Origin: Squalus acanthias
Taxonomy: Eukaryota
Assembly (NCBI GenBank): GCA_030390025.1
Contig: CM059425.1
Coordinates: 166,968,001-167,032,000, forward strand
Direction: 5' to 3'
DNA: 64,000 nucleotides
Part shown: piece after piece, positions 48,031 through 60,899 of the stretch
How the letters are laid out: every line of letters begins with the position of its first letter
Position numbering within the stretch: position 1 is the first letter of the stretch
Notes under the pieces: generated by a model
What the model was told of the DNA's origin: nothing
Databases searched by the model: none
The model's input: only the letters and a program-made list of their open reading frames with translations
Translations under genes and position numbers: made by a program

Positions 48031-49474
48031 AAAGTGGAACCTCCTAATACACTGCTCCTGGTTACTGTCACCTCACCAACTTTAAATAACTGTAGAAAGC
48101 TCCAAACAGTTGCACAAACTTACACAGAGTCAGTAGAAATGAAAAAGCAGGTCAGCTGCAAGTTGTTGATGATCCCTTTAAATAGCATTGCTAGGGGGTC
48201 CTTCCTGCTGCTGAATGCATGTTCAGCTGGTCATGATTTGGGGAGGGCATTAAATGGAGCGGCGACGTCCAAAATGGCAGATTGTGCATCAAATCAGCGT
48301 TGCACACTCATTGACGTCACGATCTGCCTCATTTCATAATCTGCAAAGAGCACAGGCAACAGCACTGCTGCCGACCTGCCTAAAATGGCTGCCGCCGCAG
48401 GACCTACCAGGAGTAGGCCGAAGCATGGCGGCCACCATTTTTTCTTCCAAACCGGCCTAAGCGGCCCAATTTCCCGGCCTAAGTGTTGTGCTACTCCACC
48501 TTATTGGACACCTTATAGGAGTCACTAGGAGAAAGGGAGTGCTTCATCATGCTCGAGCTCCCCCTTGGACTGAAGGAGGAATGGGAGGAGGACATGAAGC
48601 CAAGCAGAGCAGCATCTGCTGCTGCAGGAGAGAGGGACAGGAGGACGAGGTGGCTTCCTTTCCCCCTGCGGGTACAGGACATCCCTCCTCCTCTAGCTCT
48701 CCTCCACCAGGACCTCCAGTGCCACACCCGAGAACCTGTGCACCCTCTCCCTCGGTCCCTGAGCCATCCTGCAACGTGCGGCTGTTTGCCTGCCAGGGCA
48801 CTCCACACTTTTTGTGGAAATGGGTGTGAGGAGCCGACATATGCTGCTCCACAAAAACTGTGTCTAATCAGCACTTGAGTGTTAAACCTGCAGGTATCTG
48901 GTTTAGCACCTCCAGGCAAGTTCAAACTATGGTAATCAGCAATTAGGACCAAAATTGTGTGCTAAATCCAGACTCTCAAACAGGCTAGTCTTATTAGCAC
49001 TGCACCCATTAGTGCCGGTTTTCACCCCTTGTCCAAAATAATCCCCTTTCTCTGTTACTTTATTGTCAGCAATGCTCACAAATGCTCACATTCACTTTGG
49101 CAGAAAGTTCCCTGTAACTGTATTTCTCCTGAGAAAATAAATTCTGCTGGTACTGCTACTTTAACAACCAATAAAAATAATGGTGGCTGCAAATTGCAGT
49201 ACTTTGCTAGTGATTTTCTTTATCTGCTGTGCTGAAATGTCAAAAACACCTTACAACTTGTCACAGAGATGGAGTAATGGTTAGGGAATAGCTTTTGCCA
49301 CATATCTTGAAAAGTGTAAAAATAAATGGTTTGTGCAGATGATGAATAAAATTCTAAGCTTAAAGCACAGACTGCACTTCCTAGTCACATTTAAATGTCA
49401 GCCATGTGATATGAACCATTCATCTTTCACTGAAGAAATTAAATTTTTACTTTAAGGACAGTTGTTTATTAATA

Positions 49475-50425
49475 ACAGCAACTTGTATTTATATAGCGCC
49501 TTAATGCAGTAAAACGTCCCAAGGTGCTTCACAGGAGCGATATCAAGCAAAATTTGACACCGAGCCACATAAGGAGATATTAAGGCAGATGAGGTAGGTT
49601 TTAAGGAGCGTCTTAAAGGAGGAAAGAGAGGTAGCGAGGCGGAGAGGTTTAGGAGGGAATTCCAGAGCTTAGGGCCTTGGCTGCTGAAGGCACGGCCACC
49701 AATGATGGAGCGATTATAATCAGGGATGCTCAAGAGGTCAGAATTGGAGGAATGCAGATATCTTGGTGGGTTGTGGGGCTGGAGGAGATTACAGAGATAG
49801 GGAGGGGCAAGGCCATGGAGAGATTTGAAAACAGGGATGAGAATTTTAAAAGTGAGGCGTTGCTGAACCGGGAGCCAATGTAGGTCAGTGAGCACTGGGG
49901 TGATGGCTGAACGGGACTTGGTGCGAGTTAGGACACGGGCAGCAGAGTTTAGGATGACCTCAAGTTTACGGATGGTAGAATGTGGGAGGTCAGCCAGGAG
50001 TGCATTGGAATAGTCAAGTCTAGAGGCAACAAAGGCATGGATGAGGGTTTCAGCAGCAGATGAGCTGAGGCAGGGGCAGAGTCGGGCAATGTTCCGGAGG
50101 TGGAAATTGGCGGTCTTAGTTATGCCGCGGATATGTGGTCGGAAACTCGTCTCGGGGTCAAATATGACACCAAGGTTGCGAACAGTCTGGTTCAGCCTCA
50201 GACACATGCCAGTGAGAGCGATGGAGTTGGTGGCTAGGGAACGGAGTTTGTGGTGGGGATTGAAGACAATGGCTTTGGTCTTCCCAATATTTAGTTGGAG
50301 GAACTTTCTGCTCATCCAGTACTGGAAGTTGGACAAGCAGTCTGACAGTTTAGAGACAGTGGAGGGGTCAAGAGAGGTGGTGGTGAGGTAGAGCTGGGTG
50401 TCATCAGCGTACATGTGGAAACTGA
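49475..50425 (-). mobile_element. L2-like LINE RT C-terminus and 3' end
   Basis: 320-aa ORF with YADDTQLY, RNLGVIFD, SRLDYSN, LHWLP. Confidence 0.9.
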
Positions 50426-50991
50426 TATAAAAACAGAAATGCTGGGAATAGTCAGCAGGTCAGACAGGATCTGTGGAGAGAAAAAAAGAGTTAATGTTTC
50501 AGGTCGATGACCTTGCGTCAGAACTGGAAAAAGTTAGAGATGTAATAGATTTTAAGCACGTGCAGGGGCAGGGAAAGGAGGGAGGGGAGGAAAGAACAAA
50601 ATGGAAGGTCTATGATAGGATGGAAGGCAGGAGTGATTAAATGACAAAAGGTATGATTGTACAAAACAAAAGGTGATGGCAATGGGACAAGTAAAAAAAC
50701 AAAAGATGAGTCTAGATGAGGTGTAAATGGGAATAGCAGAATCATCAACAGCTGCCATCTGAAAAAATAGGGGCAGAGATTATGATCTGAAATTGTTGAA
50801 CTCGATGTTGAGTCCAGAAGGCTGTAAAATGCCTAATCGAAAGATGAGGTGCTGTTCCTCAAGCTTACATTGAGCTTCATTGAAACAGTGTATGAGCCCG
50901 AGGACGGAGAGGTCAGAGTGGGCGTGGAGTGGAGAATTAAAGTGAGAAGTCGCACAACACCAGGTTATAGTCCAACAGATTTATTTAATTT

Positions 50992-51027
50992 TACAAGCTT
51001 TCGGAGCTGTCGCTCCTTCTTCAGGTA
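50992..51027 (-). ncRNA. Minimal hammerhead ribozyme motif, family A
   Basis: Inverted copy of 52514-52549. Confidence 0.8.
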
Positions 51028-52513
51028 GGGTAGCTGTGAGAGAATCTCCCAGAATTCACAATATAAACACAGAAAAAATGTATTCAAATCTTTCCCTACA
51101 TCAAAGACACACTAAGAGCACAGCCAAGACAATGAGATGTGTCCCAGGGGGTCCCACGTGTCAAAACACCTGCTGGCTGCATATCCTCTCCATTTGTGTT
51201 GGTTCTTGTGTTAGTTTTTCTTTTTAAAAAACCTGGAAAGACCGGCCATGATGTCAAGTCACGTTCTGTATCGTGACATGAACCCGATATCGCGATTGAG
51301 GCCATCCTCATGAGTGCGGAACTTGGCTATCAGTTTCTGCTCTATGATTTTGCGCTGTCGTGTATCCCGAAGGCCGCCTTGGAGAACGCTTACCCGCAGA
51401 TCCGAGGCTGAATGCCCCTGACTGCTGAAGTGTTCCCCGACTGGGAGGCAACCCTCCTGCCTGGCGATTGTTGCGCGGTGTCCGTTCATACGTTGTCTCA
51501 GTGTCTGCATGGTCTCGCCGATGTACCATGCTCTGGGGCATCCTTTACTGCAACGTATCAGGTAGACAACGTTGGCCGAGTCACATCGTCGATCGACAGT
51601 TCCGACGGGCCACAGCGAAAAACCGCATAGACCTCCTCAGAAGACGAACACGGGACACAACCAACAGAGTACCCTACGTCGTCCAGTACTTCCCCGGAGC
51701 GGAAAAACTACGCCATGTTCTTCGCAGCCTTCAACATGTCATCGATGACGACGAACACCATGCTAAGGCCATCCCCACGCCTCCACTACTCGCCTTCAAG
51801 CAGCCGCCTAACCTCAAAAGTACCATCGTTCGCAGCAGATTACCCATCTTTCAGGAGAACAGCAACCACGACACCACACAACCCTGCCACGGCAACCTCT
51901 GCAAGACATGCCAGATCATGGACACAGATACCATCATCACACGTGAGGACACTACCCACCAGGTACATGGTACATACTCATGTGACTCGGCCAATGTTGT
52001 CTACCTGATACGTTGCAGTAAAGGATGCCCCAGAGCATGGTACATCGGCGAGACCATGCAGACACTGAGACAACGTATGAACGGACACCGCGCAACAATC
52101 GCCAGGCAGGAGGGTTGCCTCCCAGGGGCATTCAGCCTCGGATCTGCGGGTAAGCGTTCTCCAAGGCGGCCTTCGGGATACACGACAGCGCAAAATCATA
52201 GAGCAGAAACTGATAGCCAAGTTCCGCACTCATGAGGATGGCCTCAATCGCGATATCGGGTTCATGTCACGATACAGAACGTGACTTGACATCATGGCCG
52301 GTCTTTCCAGGCTTTTTAAAAAAAAACGAACACAAGAACCAACACAAATGGAGAGGATATGCAGCCAGCAGGTGTTTTGACACGTGGGACCCCCTGGGAC
52401 ACATCTCATTGTCTTGGCTGTGCTCTTAGTGTGTCTTTGATGTAGGGAAAGATTTGAATACATTTTTTCTGTGTTTATATTGTGAATTCTGGGAGATTCT
52501 CTCACAGCTACCC

Positions 52514-52549
52514 TACCTGAAGAAGGAGCGACAGCTCCGAAAGCTTGTA
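52514..52549 (+). ncRNA. Minimal hammerhead ribozyme motif, family A
   Basis: TAC-CTGAAGA-A-GGAGC gaca GCTCC-GAAA-GCTT-GTA. Confidence 0.82.
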
Positions 52550-54202
52550 AAATTAAATAAATCTGTTGGACTATAACCTGGTGTTGTGCGACTTCTCATT
52601 TTTGTCCACCCCAGTCCAACGCCGGCATCTCCACATCATGAGAATTAAAGTGACAGACGACCGGAAGCTCGGGGTCACGCTTGCGGACTGAACGGAGGTG
52701 TTCTGCAAAGCAGTCATCCAATCTGCGTTTGGTCTCCCCAATGTAGAGGAAACCGCATCGTGAACAGCAAATACAGTATACTAAATTGCAAGAAGTACAA
52801 GTTAATCGCTGTTTCACCTGGAAGGGGTGTTTGGGGCCCTGGACGGTGGGAAGGGAGGAGGTAAAAGGGCAGGTGTTGCATCTCCTGCGCTTGTACGGGA
52901 AGGTGCCGTGGAAAGGGGAGGGGGTGTTGGGGGGTAATTGAGGAGTGGACCGAGTGTCATGGAGGGAGCGGTCCCTTCGGAATGCTGAAAGGGGAGGTGA
53001 GGGGAAGATGTGTTTGGTGGTGGGATCAGATTAGAGGTGGCGGAAATGGCGGAGGATGATCCGTTGAATGTGGAGGCTGGTGGGGTGAAAGGTGAGGACA
53101 AAGGGAACCATATCGTGGTTCTGGGAGGGAGGGGAAAGGATGAGAGCAGAAGTGCGGGAAATAGAATGTACACAGTCGAGGGCCCTGTCAACCACTGCCG
53201 AGGGGAATTCTTGATTGAGGAAAAAGGAAGACATATCGGAAGCACTAGTATTGAAGGTGGCATCGTCAGACCAGATCCGACGGAGATGGAGAAATTGGGA
53301 GAATGGAATAGAGTCCTTACAAGAAGTGGGGTGGGAGGAAGTATAGTCCAGGTAGCTGTGGGAGTCAGTGGGCTTATAGTGGATGTTTGTCGATAGCCTA
53401 TCCCCAGAAATGGAGACAGAGAAGTCGAGGAAGGGAAGGGAAGAGTCGGAGATGGACCATGTGAAAGTGAGGGAAGGGTGGAAATTGGAAGCAAAGTGAA
53501 TGAAATCTTCCAGTTCAGGGCAAGAGCAGGAAACGGCACCGATACAGTCATCAATGTACCGGAAAAAGAGGTGAAGCAGGGGACCCACGAAAAGGCAGGC
53601 ATAGATAGGACCCCTGCGGGTTCCCATAACAACACAGTCAAAGAAGAAGTTGTTCAATATGTGAACAGGTTCAGCCAGGCGGAGGAGGGTGGTGGTGGAT
53701 GGAGACTGGTTGGGCCTCTGTTCAAGGAAGAAGCGGAGAGACTCAGGCTGTCCTAGTGGGGGATGGTGGTGTAGAGGGATTGGACGTCCATAGTGAAAAG
53801 GAGATGGTTGGGGCCAGGAAACTGGAAACTATTAAGTTGGCGGAGGGCATCGGAAGAGTCGTGGATGTAGGTGGGAAGAGACTAGACAAAGGGAGAAAAA
53901 ATAGAGTCGAGATCAGAAGAAATCAGTTCCGTGGGGCAAGAACAAGCTGAAATGATGGGTCTACCAGTGAAACTGATGGTGTGTTTTCGGATGATGTCAC
54001 CAAGGAGCAGCATGTAGATGAAAAATAGGGGGTTTAAGCACAAAATGTAATTCAAATGACCAATATTCGTATTGTATCTTTGACAACTGATGTTAAGCCT
54101 TTACAAATATAACTTCCAATTTAATTAGTTTGCAAAGAGAATACTTCAAATCAATATTAGAGATACAATAAATGCCAAAGAGGAGCTACCAATTTTGTCA
54201 AT

Positions 54203-54305
54203 TAATCTGATGAAAGGCCATCGACCTGAAACATTAACTCTGTTTCTCTCTCCACAGATGCTGTCTGACCTGCTGAGTTTTTCCAGCATTTTCTGTTTTT
54301 ATTTG
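54203..54305 (+). mobile_element. Solo Penelope B terminal repeat with hammerhead core
   Basis: CTGATGA-A-AGGCC atc GACCT-GAAA-CATT-AACT followed by the 9696-9750 tail. Confidence 0.78.
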
Positions 54306-54819
54306 TTAATTAATCACTAAGTTCTGAAAAATGTTAACCAAGATGAATCTGCCATGACTTGACTAAACTATTAAGGCTGCGGGTTGTTTGGCTTCTAATA
54401 CCTTTGGAGATTATGGGATTTCAATATAGTAGCTGCCAGCTCTCTATTGCTCTGTGCTATGTTTGATTTATCCATCCACAACTCATAACCTCAATTTGTT
54501 CAGTCCTGCTTCACTTGAAATTGTCGCCCCTGGGAGCAGCAGCAACTCATCAAATATGGCCTTAAACCATAGATTTTGCGACATAACTTTAGTAATTAGA
54601 GGTAGATAGTCAGTATGCAAAATATCAGCAGCAATGCAACCCAAAGACAGGTTGGTTCTATTTCAGAGCAAGATGAAATATTGCACAGTGTGCAGTCGAA
54701 AGACACTGGGGTAATTTATAAATAGAACATTGTTTTACACCTAGAGTTTAGTTCTCAAGGATGTTTTATATAATTCCTATGGCACAAAAAACTGAAAAAT
54801 AAAAAAGTGTTGCAAATTA

Positions 54820-56297
54820 GTATTGTGGAGATTCTGGCCACAATCTTCCACTCCTCCATAGATATGGGGATGGTGCCAGAGGATTGGAGGATTGCAAATG
54901 TTACAAAACTGTTTAAAAAAGGGGAGAGGGATAAACCCGGCAACTACAGGCCAGTTAGCCTAACATCGGTGGTGGGGAAAGTCTTAGAGACAATAATCTG
55001 GGACAAAATGTATTGTCATTTGGTAGAGTATGTTAAAGGCAAATCATGTTTGACTAACTTGATTGAGTTCTTTGATGAAGTAAGAGTGGGTTTTTGAGGG
55101 TAGTGTGGTTGATGTTGTGTATATGAACTTTCAAAAGGCGTTTGACAACGTACCACATAATAGACATGTTAGGAAAATTAAAGCCCATGGCATTAAAGGG
55201 ACAGTGGCAGCGTGGATACGAAAGTGGCTAAGGGGCAGAAAGCAGAGAGTAGTGATGAACAGTTGTTCTTCAGACTGGAGGAAAATATACAGTGGTGTTC
55301 CCCAGTGGTTGCTATTCAGACCACTGCTCTTTTTGATATATAGTAATGACCTGGGTATACAGGGCATAATTTCAAAGTATGCAGATGACACGAAATTCAG
55401 AAATGTAGTAAACAGTGAGGAGGATAGTAACAGACTTCTGGAGGACATAGACAGACTGGTGAAATGGACAGACATATGGCAGATGAAATTTAACGCAGAG
55501 AAGTGTGAAGTGATACATTTTGGTAGGAAGAATAAGGAGTGGCAATATAAACATAATGGTTCAATATTAAAGGGGGTGCAGGACAGGGAGACCTGGGGGT
55601 GTATGTACACAAGTCTTTGAAGGTGGCAGCACAAGTTGAGAAGGCTGTTAAAAAAGCATATGGGATCCTTGCCTTTATTAAAAGGGGAATAGAGTACAAA
55701 GCAAGGAGGTTATGCTAAACCTTTATAAAACACTGGTTAGGCCTTAGCTGGAGTATTGTGTTCAATTCTGGGCACCACACTTTAGGAAGGACATGAAGGC
55801 CTTGGAGAGGGTGCAGAAGAGCTTTACTAGAATGGTGCCAGGGATGAGGGACTTCAGTTTTGTGGACAGACTGGAGATGCTGGGGTTGTTCTCCTTAGAG
55901 CAGAGAAGGTTAAGAGGAGATTTGATAGAGATGTTCAAAATCATGGAATGGTTTTGATAGAGTAAATAAGGACAAACTGTTTCCAGTAGCAGAAGGGTCA
56001 GTAACCAGAGGACACAGATTTAAGATGATTGGCAAAACAACCAGAGGTGACATGAGGAAAGATTTTTTTATGCAGCGAGTTGTTGTGATCTAGAATGCAC
56101 TGCCTGAAAGGGTGGTGGAAGCAGATTCAATAGTAACATTCAAAAAAGAATTGGATAAATATTCGAAGGGAAAACATTTACAAGGCAATGGGGAAAGAGC
56201 TGGGGGTGGGACTAATTGGATAGCTCTACCAAAAAGACGACACAGGCACGATGGGCCGAATGGGCTCCTTCAGTCCTGTATTATTCTATGATTCTAT
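54820..56297 (+). mobile_element. CR1 LINE RT and 3' end, degenerate
   Basis: EDWRIANV, NYRPVSLTS, KAFD, YADD; ATTCTATG tail. Confidence 0.9.
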
Positions 56298-56307
56298 GAA
56301 ATCTTTA

Positions 56308-56675
56308 GAGGGAAAAATTCGAAAGCAACCATTTTGGGTCGCTAACATCGCCTGGGTGCTAAATTTAGCGCCCAGCAAAAAATAACGCCGGCGATCGGTA
56401 AATTCAGTTTTAGTGCCCCAAGAGGGAGGTGGAGCACTAATTCAAGTGCTCCACTTCCTTCTTAGAATGCTAACCCCGAATATCGAGGCAGTGCGTTCAG
56501 CAACGCTACGCACTGCGCCACATAGTGCCTCCTGCCGCTCCATTCCTGCCCCCTGAATCGGCGCAGATTCAGGGGGCGCGGGCCAATTTTGCAGGCGGGG
56601 CAAAAACGGGGTGCTGCGGTGATGATGTCGTCATCGCCTGCGCAGCGGAGCGGGGCGCTACCAGTTACTGCTGAG
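56308..56675. mobile_element. Truncated GC-rich Harbinger-type MITE
   Basis: GAGGGAAAAATTCG end; reverse-complement similarity to about 41900-42108. Confidence 0.7.
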
Positions 56676-56831
56676 ATAGATAGAATTTTGGACTCTATGG
56701 CAATCAAGGGATATGAGGATCAACCAGGCAAGTGGAGTTGAGGTCGAAGACCAGCCATGATATTATTGAATGTTTGTAGCAGGTTCGAGAGGCTGTAAGG
56801 CCTACTCCTGCTGCTAATTCTTATGTTCTTA
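56676..56831 (+). mobile_element. CR1 3' tail
   Basis: Matches about 40070-40232. Confidence 0.85.
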
Positions 56832-59276
56832 TGCTCCACAACTTGGTCATCATGAGAGCGCAGCCCTTGCCACCACAGGATCCAGGAGCACCTCAGGAGG
56901 AGGAAGAGAAGGAAGTTGAGGAGGAGTCAGGCAGCAGATCCCCATTCCAAGCGCTTCATCAGACTCCAGTTCCAATGAATGAAACCCCAGATCCCTGTTG
57001 CTCACCACTTCCCCATCTTACGATGCCTCTGTCACAGAATATCACAGCGTCCTCCTGGGTACAAAGCTAAAGTGAAAGTCACCACACGACACACATTCCA
57101 AACATAATTTATAAATTTATCAAATCCAATCCAATCCAAATCAAAACAACAATGTCAAGTAATCACTCTTGTGCATTCCCTTAATATCTGTCTTTCATGT
57201 TGCTTTTCCTACTCTAGTGCTCCTATGACGTGCCATCCCAGTGCTGCAGCATGGCTGGTGGAAGGCTGCTGACTTTCAGTGAGGGAGACTTCAAATGGCC
57301 TTGCAGAAGGCCCAGCTGTAGACTGCACCACCTCGGCATGGGCAACAGCAGTCTGGGCTGGCTGGATGAGAGACTGCAGCAAGGGCACTGACGGAGTGGA
57401 TGTGGTGGGAATAGGAATGCTGTCATCCTGAGAGAGGACAGCAGGTTCTTGCTCCACGGAGCCACTGCCACTCCCCCAAGGAGGCACCTCAGCATTCCTA
57501 GCCATCTGTTGGGAACAGATTGCTGGAGTGCTGTGAGGCCCTGCAAGCCCCTTTCAACACTTGTAAACCCAGCTATGATGGCAGCAGTCTGAGCTTCCAC
57601 TGCAGCAGTGAGATGTTGGGACACTTCTGCCTGTGCTACAATGGAAGCTGCAACATCGCCCATCACACGCAGCATCATGGCTGGATCCACAAGATCTCTC
57701 ATGGAGTTGTCCACCATTTCCATCCTGGAAATCATGGGCTCCAAGCTCCGCACAAAGCCCCATGCAATGTTGGAGCCGGACTCCTCCATGCTCCTTGACA
57801 CTAACAAGAGGCTCTCCGACAGGCTTGCCATTGCACCAAGCATTTCTGTGTGCATGCCCATCACCCTTCTTCTGAAGGCCATCCCATTGAGGTCATCATC
57901 TCAGTCCTGTGCAGCAGAACTCATGCGTGAACTCGCCCTACGGGGAGCTGGCACCCGAGCTACCTTTTCCCCCTGGCTTGGCTGCAGCCCACTCGTGCCC
58001 GGTGACTCACCACAAGCAGACGCCGCCTCTAAAGTAACCTCTAACGTCCACACAGTGCCATTTTCTGAGCTTGTGCCTACGAGTGTCAGATCCAGTGCTG
58101 ATGTGTCTTCTTCTTCTCTATCACTGTCCTTCTCAATCACTTCAGGGACAGGCTGGCCTGGTTGGAGTTCTTGGGTATCTGAAAGGAGAAATGCATAAGG
58201 GTCGGGTTGTAGTGAAGGGAGAGGGGAGAGGGGAAAAGCAAGATATCCATGCATACACCATCAGCAGCTTATAAGTGAGAAGAGATTGTGGGATGAGAGG
58301 GAAGTGGGATGTGAGAAGAAGGATTAGATATGAGCATACCATCATCATCAGCAATGCTTTCAACTTCCCTGCTCACCACAGACTCAATGACTGCCCCTCC
58401 AATGATATCCAGCACTGCTTCCTCCAGCTCCGTCAGGTTCTGCAGGCGGGCTTCCCCTCCACCCGTCTGCTGGTGTTCCCGGTGGCTATGAAGGGCCTTT
58501 GCCTGCAAGAGAAAGGGAAGTGCATCAGTGAATGTGGTGCAATGTGTTTGGGTGACGTCCCTGCCATGGTTGAATAGCTGGCAGGGTGTGCAAGGTGTGA
58601 GATGTGGGTGTGTATCCTGCAGCAGTGGTAAGTGTGTGAGAGTGAAGTGAAGCTATGATTGTGAGGTATGAATGGCGATTACTAGAGATTGTTGGTAGGT
58701 GAGTGATGGGGGTACCATGCACTGAGCAGCGTGTGAGGCTAGTGGTACAGTTGGTGGGATATGGCATTTGATGATGCATTGACTCAGCTTGACCACTCAT
58801 GTGAGGTCATTAAACTCTTTGTGGCACTGGATCCAGGTCCTGGGGACAGCACGCATCACACTGACAGCTTCAGCTATCTCCTCCCACGGCCTTTTGCTGT
58901 TCTGCCTTGAAAGCCTCCTGCCCCCCTGCGGGTAGAGGACCTGACGGCGTTGTTTAACCCCCAGGACCAAGGCCTCCAGTGCTTCATCTGAAAATCTCCT
59001 CGCCCTTTCTCTTGGCTGTTGGGCCAGGGCTCTCTTCACAATGACAAACAAATCACCTCCCCTTTAAGTAGTGCAGAGAGCCTAGGCCAAACTTTATTGT
59101 CCAGTAGACTGTACCCGATATTGGCCGCCCTGTTCAGCACTAAGCCAATCAGCAGCGCGTTTAGCCTTGAGATCAACGTTGATTTGCGTGCTGCCTGTAC
59201 CACTTTGAACGGGCGCAGGCACGTAGCGCTTCACGCTGCCCGCGCCTGTTTTTGGGTCTTATCCAATTTCTAGGCC
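56832..59276 (-). mobile_element. Harbinger copy: transposase C-terminus (+), Myb gene (-, exon 1 59027-58788) and one TIR
   Basis: LHNLVIMRAQPLPP; RFSDEALEALV...WIQCHKEFNDL; CCAATTTCTAGGCC at 59263-59276; start codon and first donor mutated. Confidence 0.88.
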
Positions 59277-59889
59277 TTTGACTATATTAAAATATATATC
59301 AGGGTCTGATGATAACCTCAAAACATTTGTCTTTCATTCTTCAGGTTTATGGTGTCAGCTACTCCCCCACCCCATCCCGATTTGTGTTACCATCTTATAA
59401 CACAGTGAAATCCAAGCACATGTAACAATATATTTTAAATTATATCATTTTATGTAACATTATATTTTAAAGTATAAATATTTCTTCCCATATTATCAGA
59501 AGTAAAGTCAGATGTTGTTTAGCTTTCCTTGTAAATAAATCTGTTTAAAAACCAATATTAGTGCCAGCGTAATCATATGCTGTAATTTGGAGGTATAGAA
59601 TGTGCTTCAAAATGTTTCAATTAAATCTATTAGATAATGTTATAGAAGTTTGATCAGTGTTGTATGTGATGTGAAAGAAAACCCTGCAGAAATGTATAGC
59701 AAAATTTGTTGTGTTTCATTTTCCCATTAACTGGGTGCAGTTAATACTTTTTATCATCAATACATTAGAATTGATGTTACACTCTTGAGCTGTACTGATT
59801 AGTTTGCTGGGAACCATTTCAGTATTTTGCATTTACATGTTTCCTCTCATCATGCAAATCACGAGTGTAACAAACTCCACTACATATTA

Positions 59890-60217
59890 TCCACAAAATA
59901 CACTACAGCAACTTACCAAGGTTACTCTGACAGCACCTCTCAGCCCAGTGACATCTGCCACCAAAAAAGGTATGAGGAGCAATGCCATGGGAACACCAAT
60001 GCCACCAAGCTCCCCTTCATATCACACACCATTTTGACTGAGGCATTTGTTACTATTTCTCCATCACCGCTTGTCAAAATCCTGAAATTCCCTACCTAAC
60101 ACCATCACCACAAGAACTGTAGCAGTTCAAAGAGAAGGCCCACCAGCATCTTTTCAGGGCAAGTAGGGATGAGCAATTAATACAACCTTGTCAAGTGTCC
60201 ATGAACAAATAAAAATA
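59890..60217 (+). mobile_element. Old 3' end of the second LINE family
   Basis: Diverged match to about 21955-22310. Confidence 0.7.
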
Positions 60218-60899
60218 AACTGTGCTGTTAGCTGATTGACTATTCTCGTTAATTAATTGCAAATATTATCATTTGAAGTGGGATAACTTCATTAATAATG
60301 AATCAACTGGCTGGTTGTTCATCTGATAGAATATTAAATATTTGCATGATAAATAATGCAAGTTGATATAACTTGCAAGAATGAATGCTGCACAGGCTGT
60401 TTCCATCATTTTCCCATATCTACTGTGCAGCAACCTGTTTTATACTCCGGGTGATTTTCTTTTCCAAAATGAAAAAGAAAATCGGGCAGAGTGTAAACCG
60501 GGCGGCAGATTCGCTATTGCCTGTTTTGCACTACTGCCCAAGAAGAATTACTAGCCCCATGAATTTCCCTACATATTGAGTTCAAAGTTGGATGGCAAGA
60601 TAAACCAGGCTTCACTTGCACACCTCTGAACAGGTATCTAGTGGAAGATTGCCTGTATGATTTCCCTGTCTATGAATGAGAACTAGCCTAGATGGACCTC
60701 CAAATGAGGACTGAGAAATGAGATCCAACAAAAGACACGAGTAGGATAAAGGGCCACTTGGCTGTCTACTGTATTAGCTTCCATAAGAAAATCACACTCT
60801 ACAAATTGCTTTAACAATGGGAAACATCCCCTCCTACTTCACCCCTTATTACCTGAAGAGCAATACAATGCTAATGTGCTGAAAACAACGAGGAAATTC

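Larger units (their letters stand above)
44796..48479. mobile_element. Complete PIF/Harbinger DNA transposon (3684 bp), coding regions disrupted
   Basis: TAA at 44793-44795 and 48480-48482; TIRs GGCCTAGAAAGTGG and CCAATTTCCCGGCC (11/14); convergent Myb and transposase genes. Confidence 0.92.
50946..52639 (+). mobile_element. Penelope family A insertion with a long inverted 5' copy
   Basis: Arms 50943-51586 and 51980-52598; GIY-YIG ORF 51468-52235; 14-bp duplication GAGAATTAAAGTGA at 50932-50945 and 52640-52653. Confidence 0.93.
50428..53968 (-). mobile_element. Penelope-like family B interrupted by a family A insertion; hammerhead motif at 50489-50525
   Basis: RYIDD, HYKPTD, LVYCI.C..C..LYIGETKR; minus strand AGTT-CTGACGC-A-AGGTC atc GACCT-GAAA-CATT-AACT. 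Confidence 0.9.

Noticed and set aside
483..57593. 57-kb tandem segmental duplication
   Set aside because: Identity stops after 279 bp and sequences on both sides differ
59330..59545. Possible terminal host exon (TTCTTCAG acceptor, FMVSATPPPHPDLCYHLITQ*, AT-rich tail with AATAAA)
   Set aside because: Short, unrecognised peptide with no linked upstream exons; needs RNA-seq or homology
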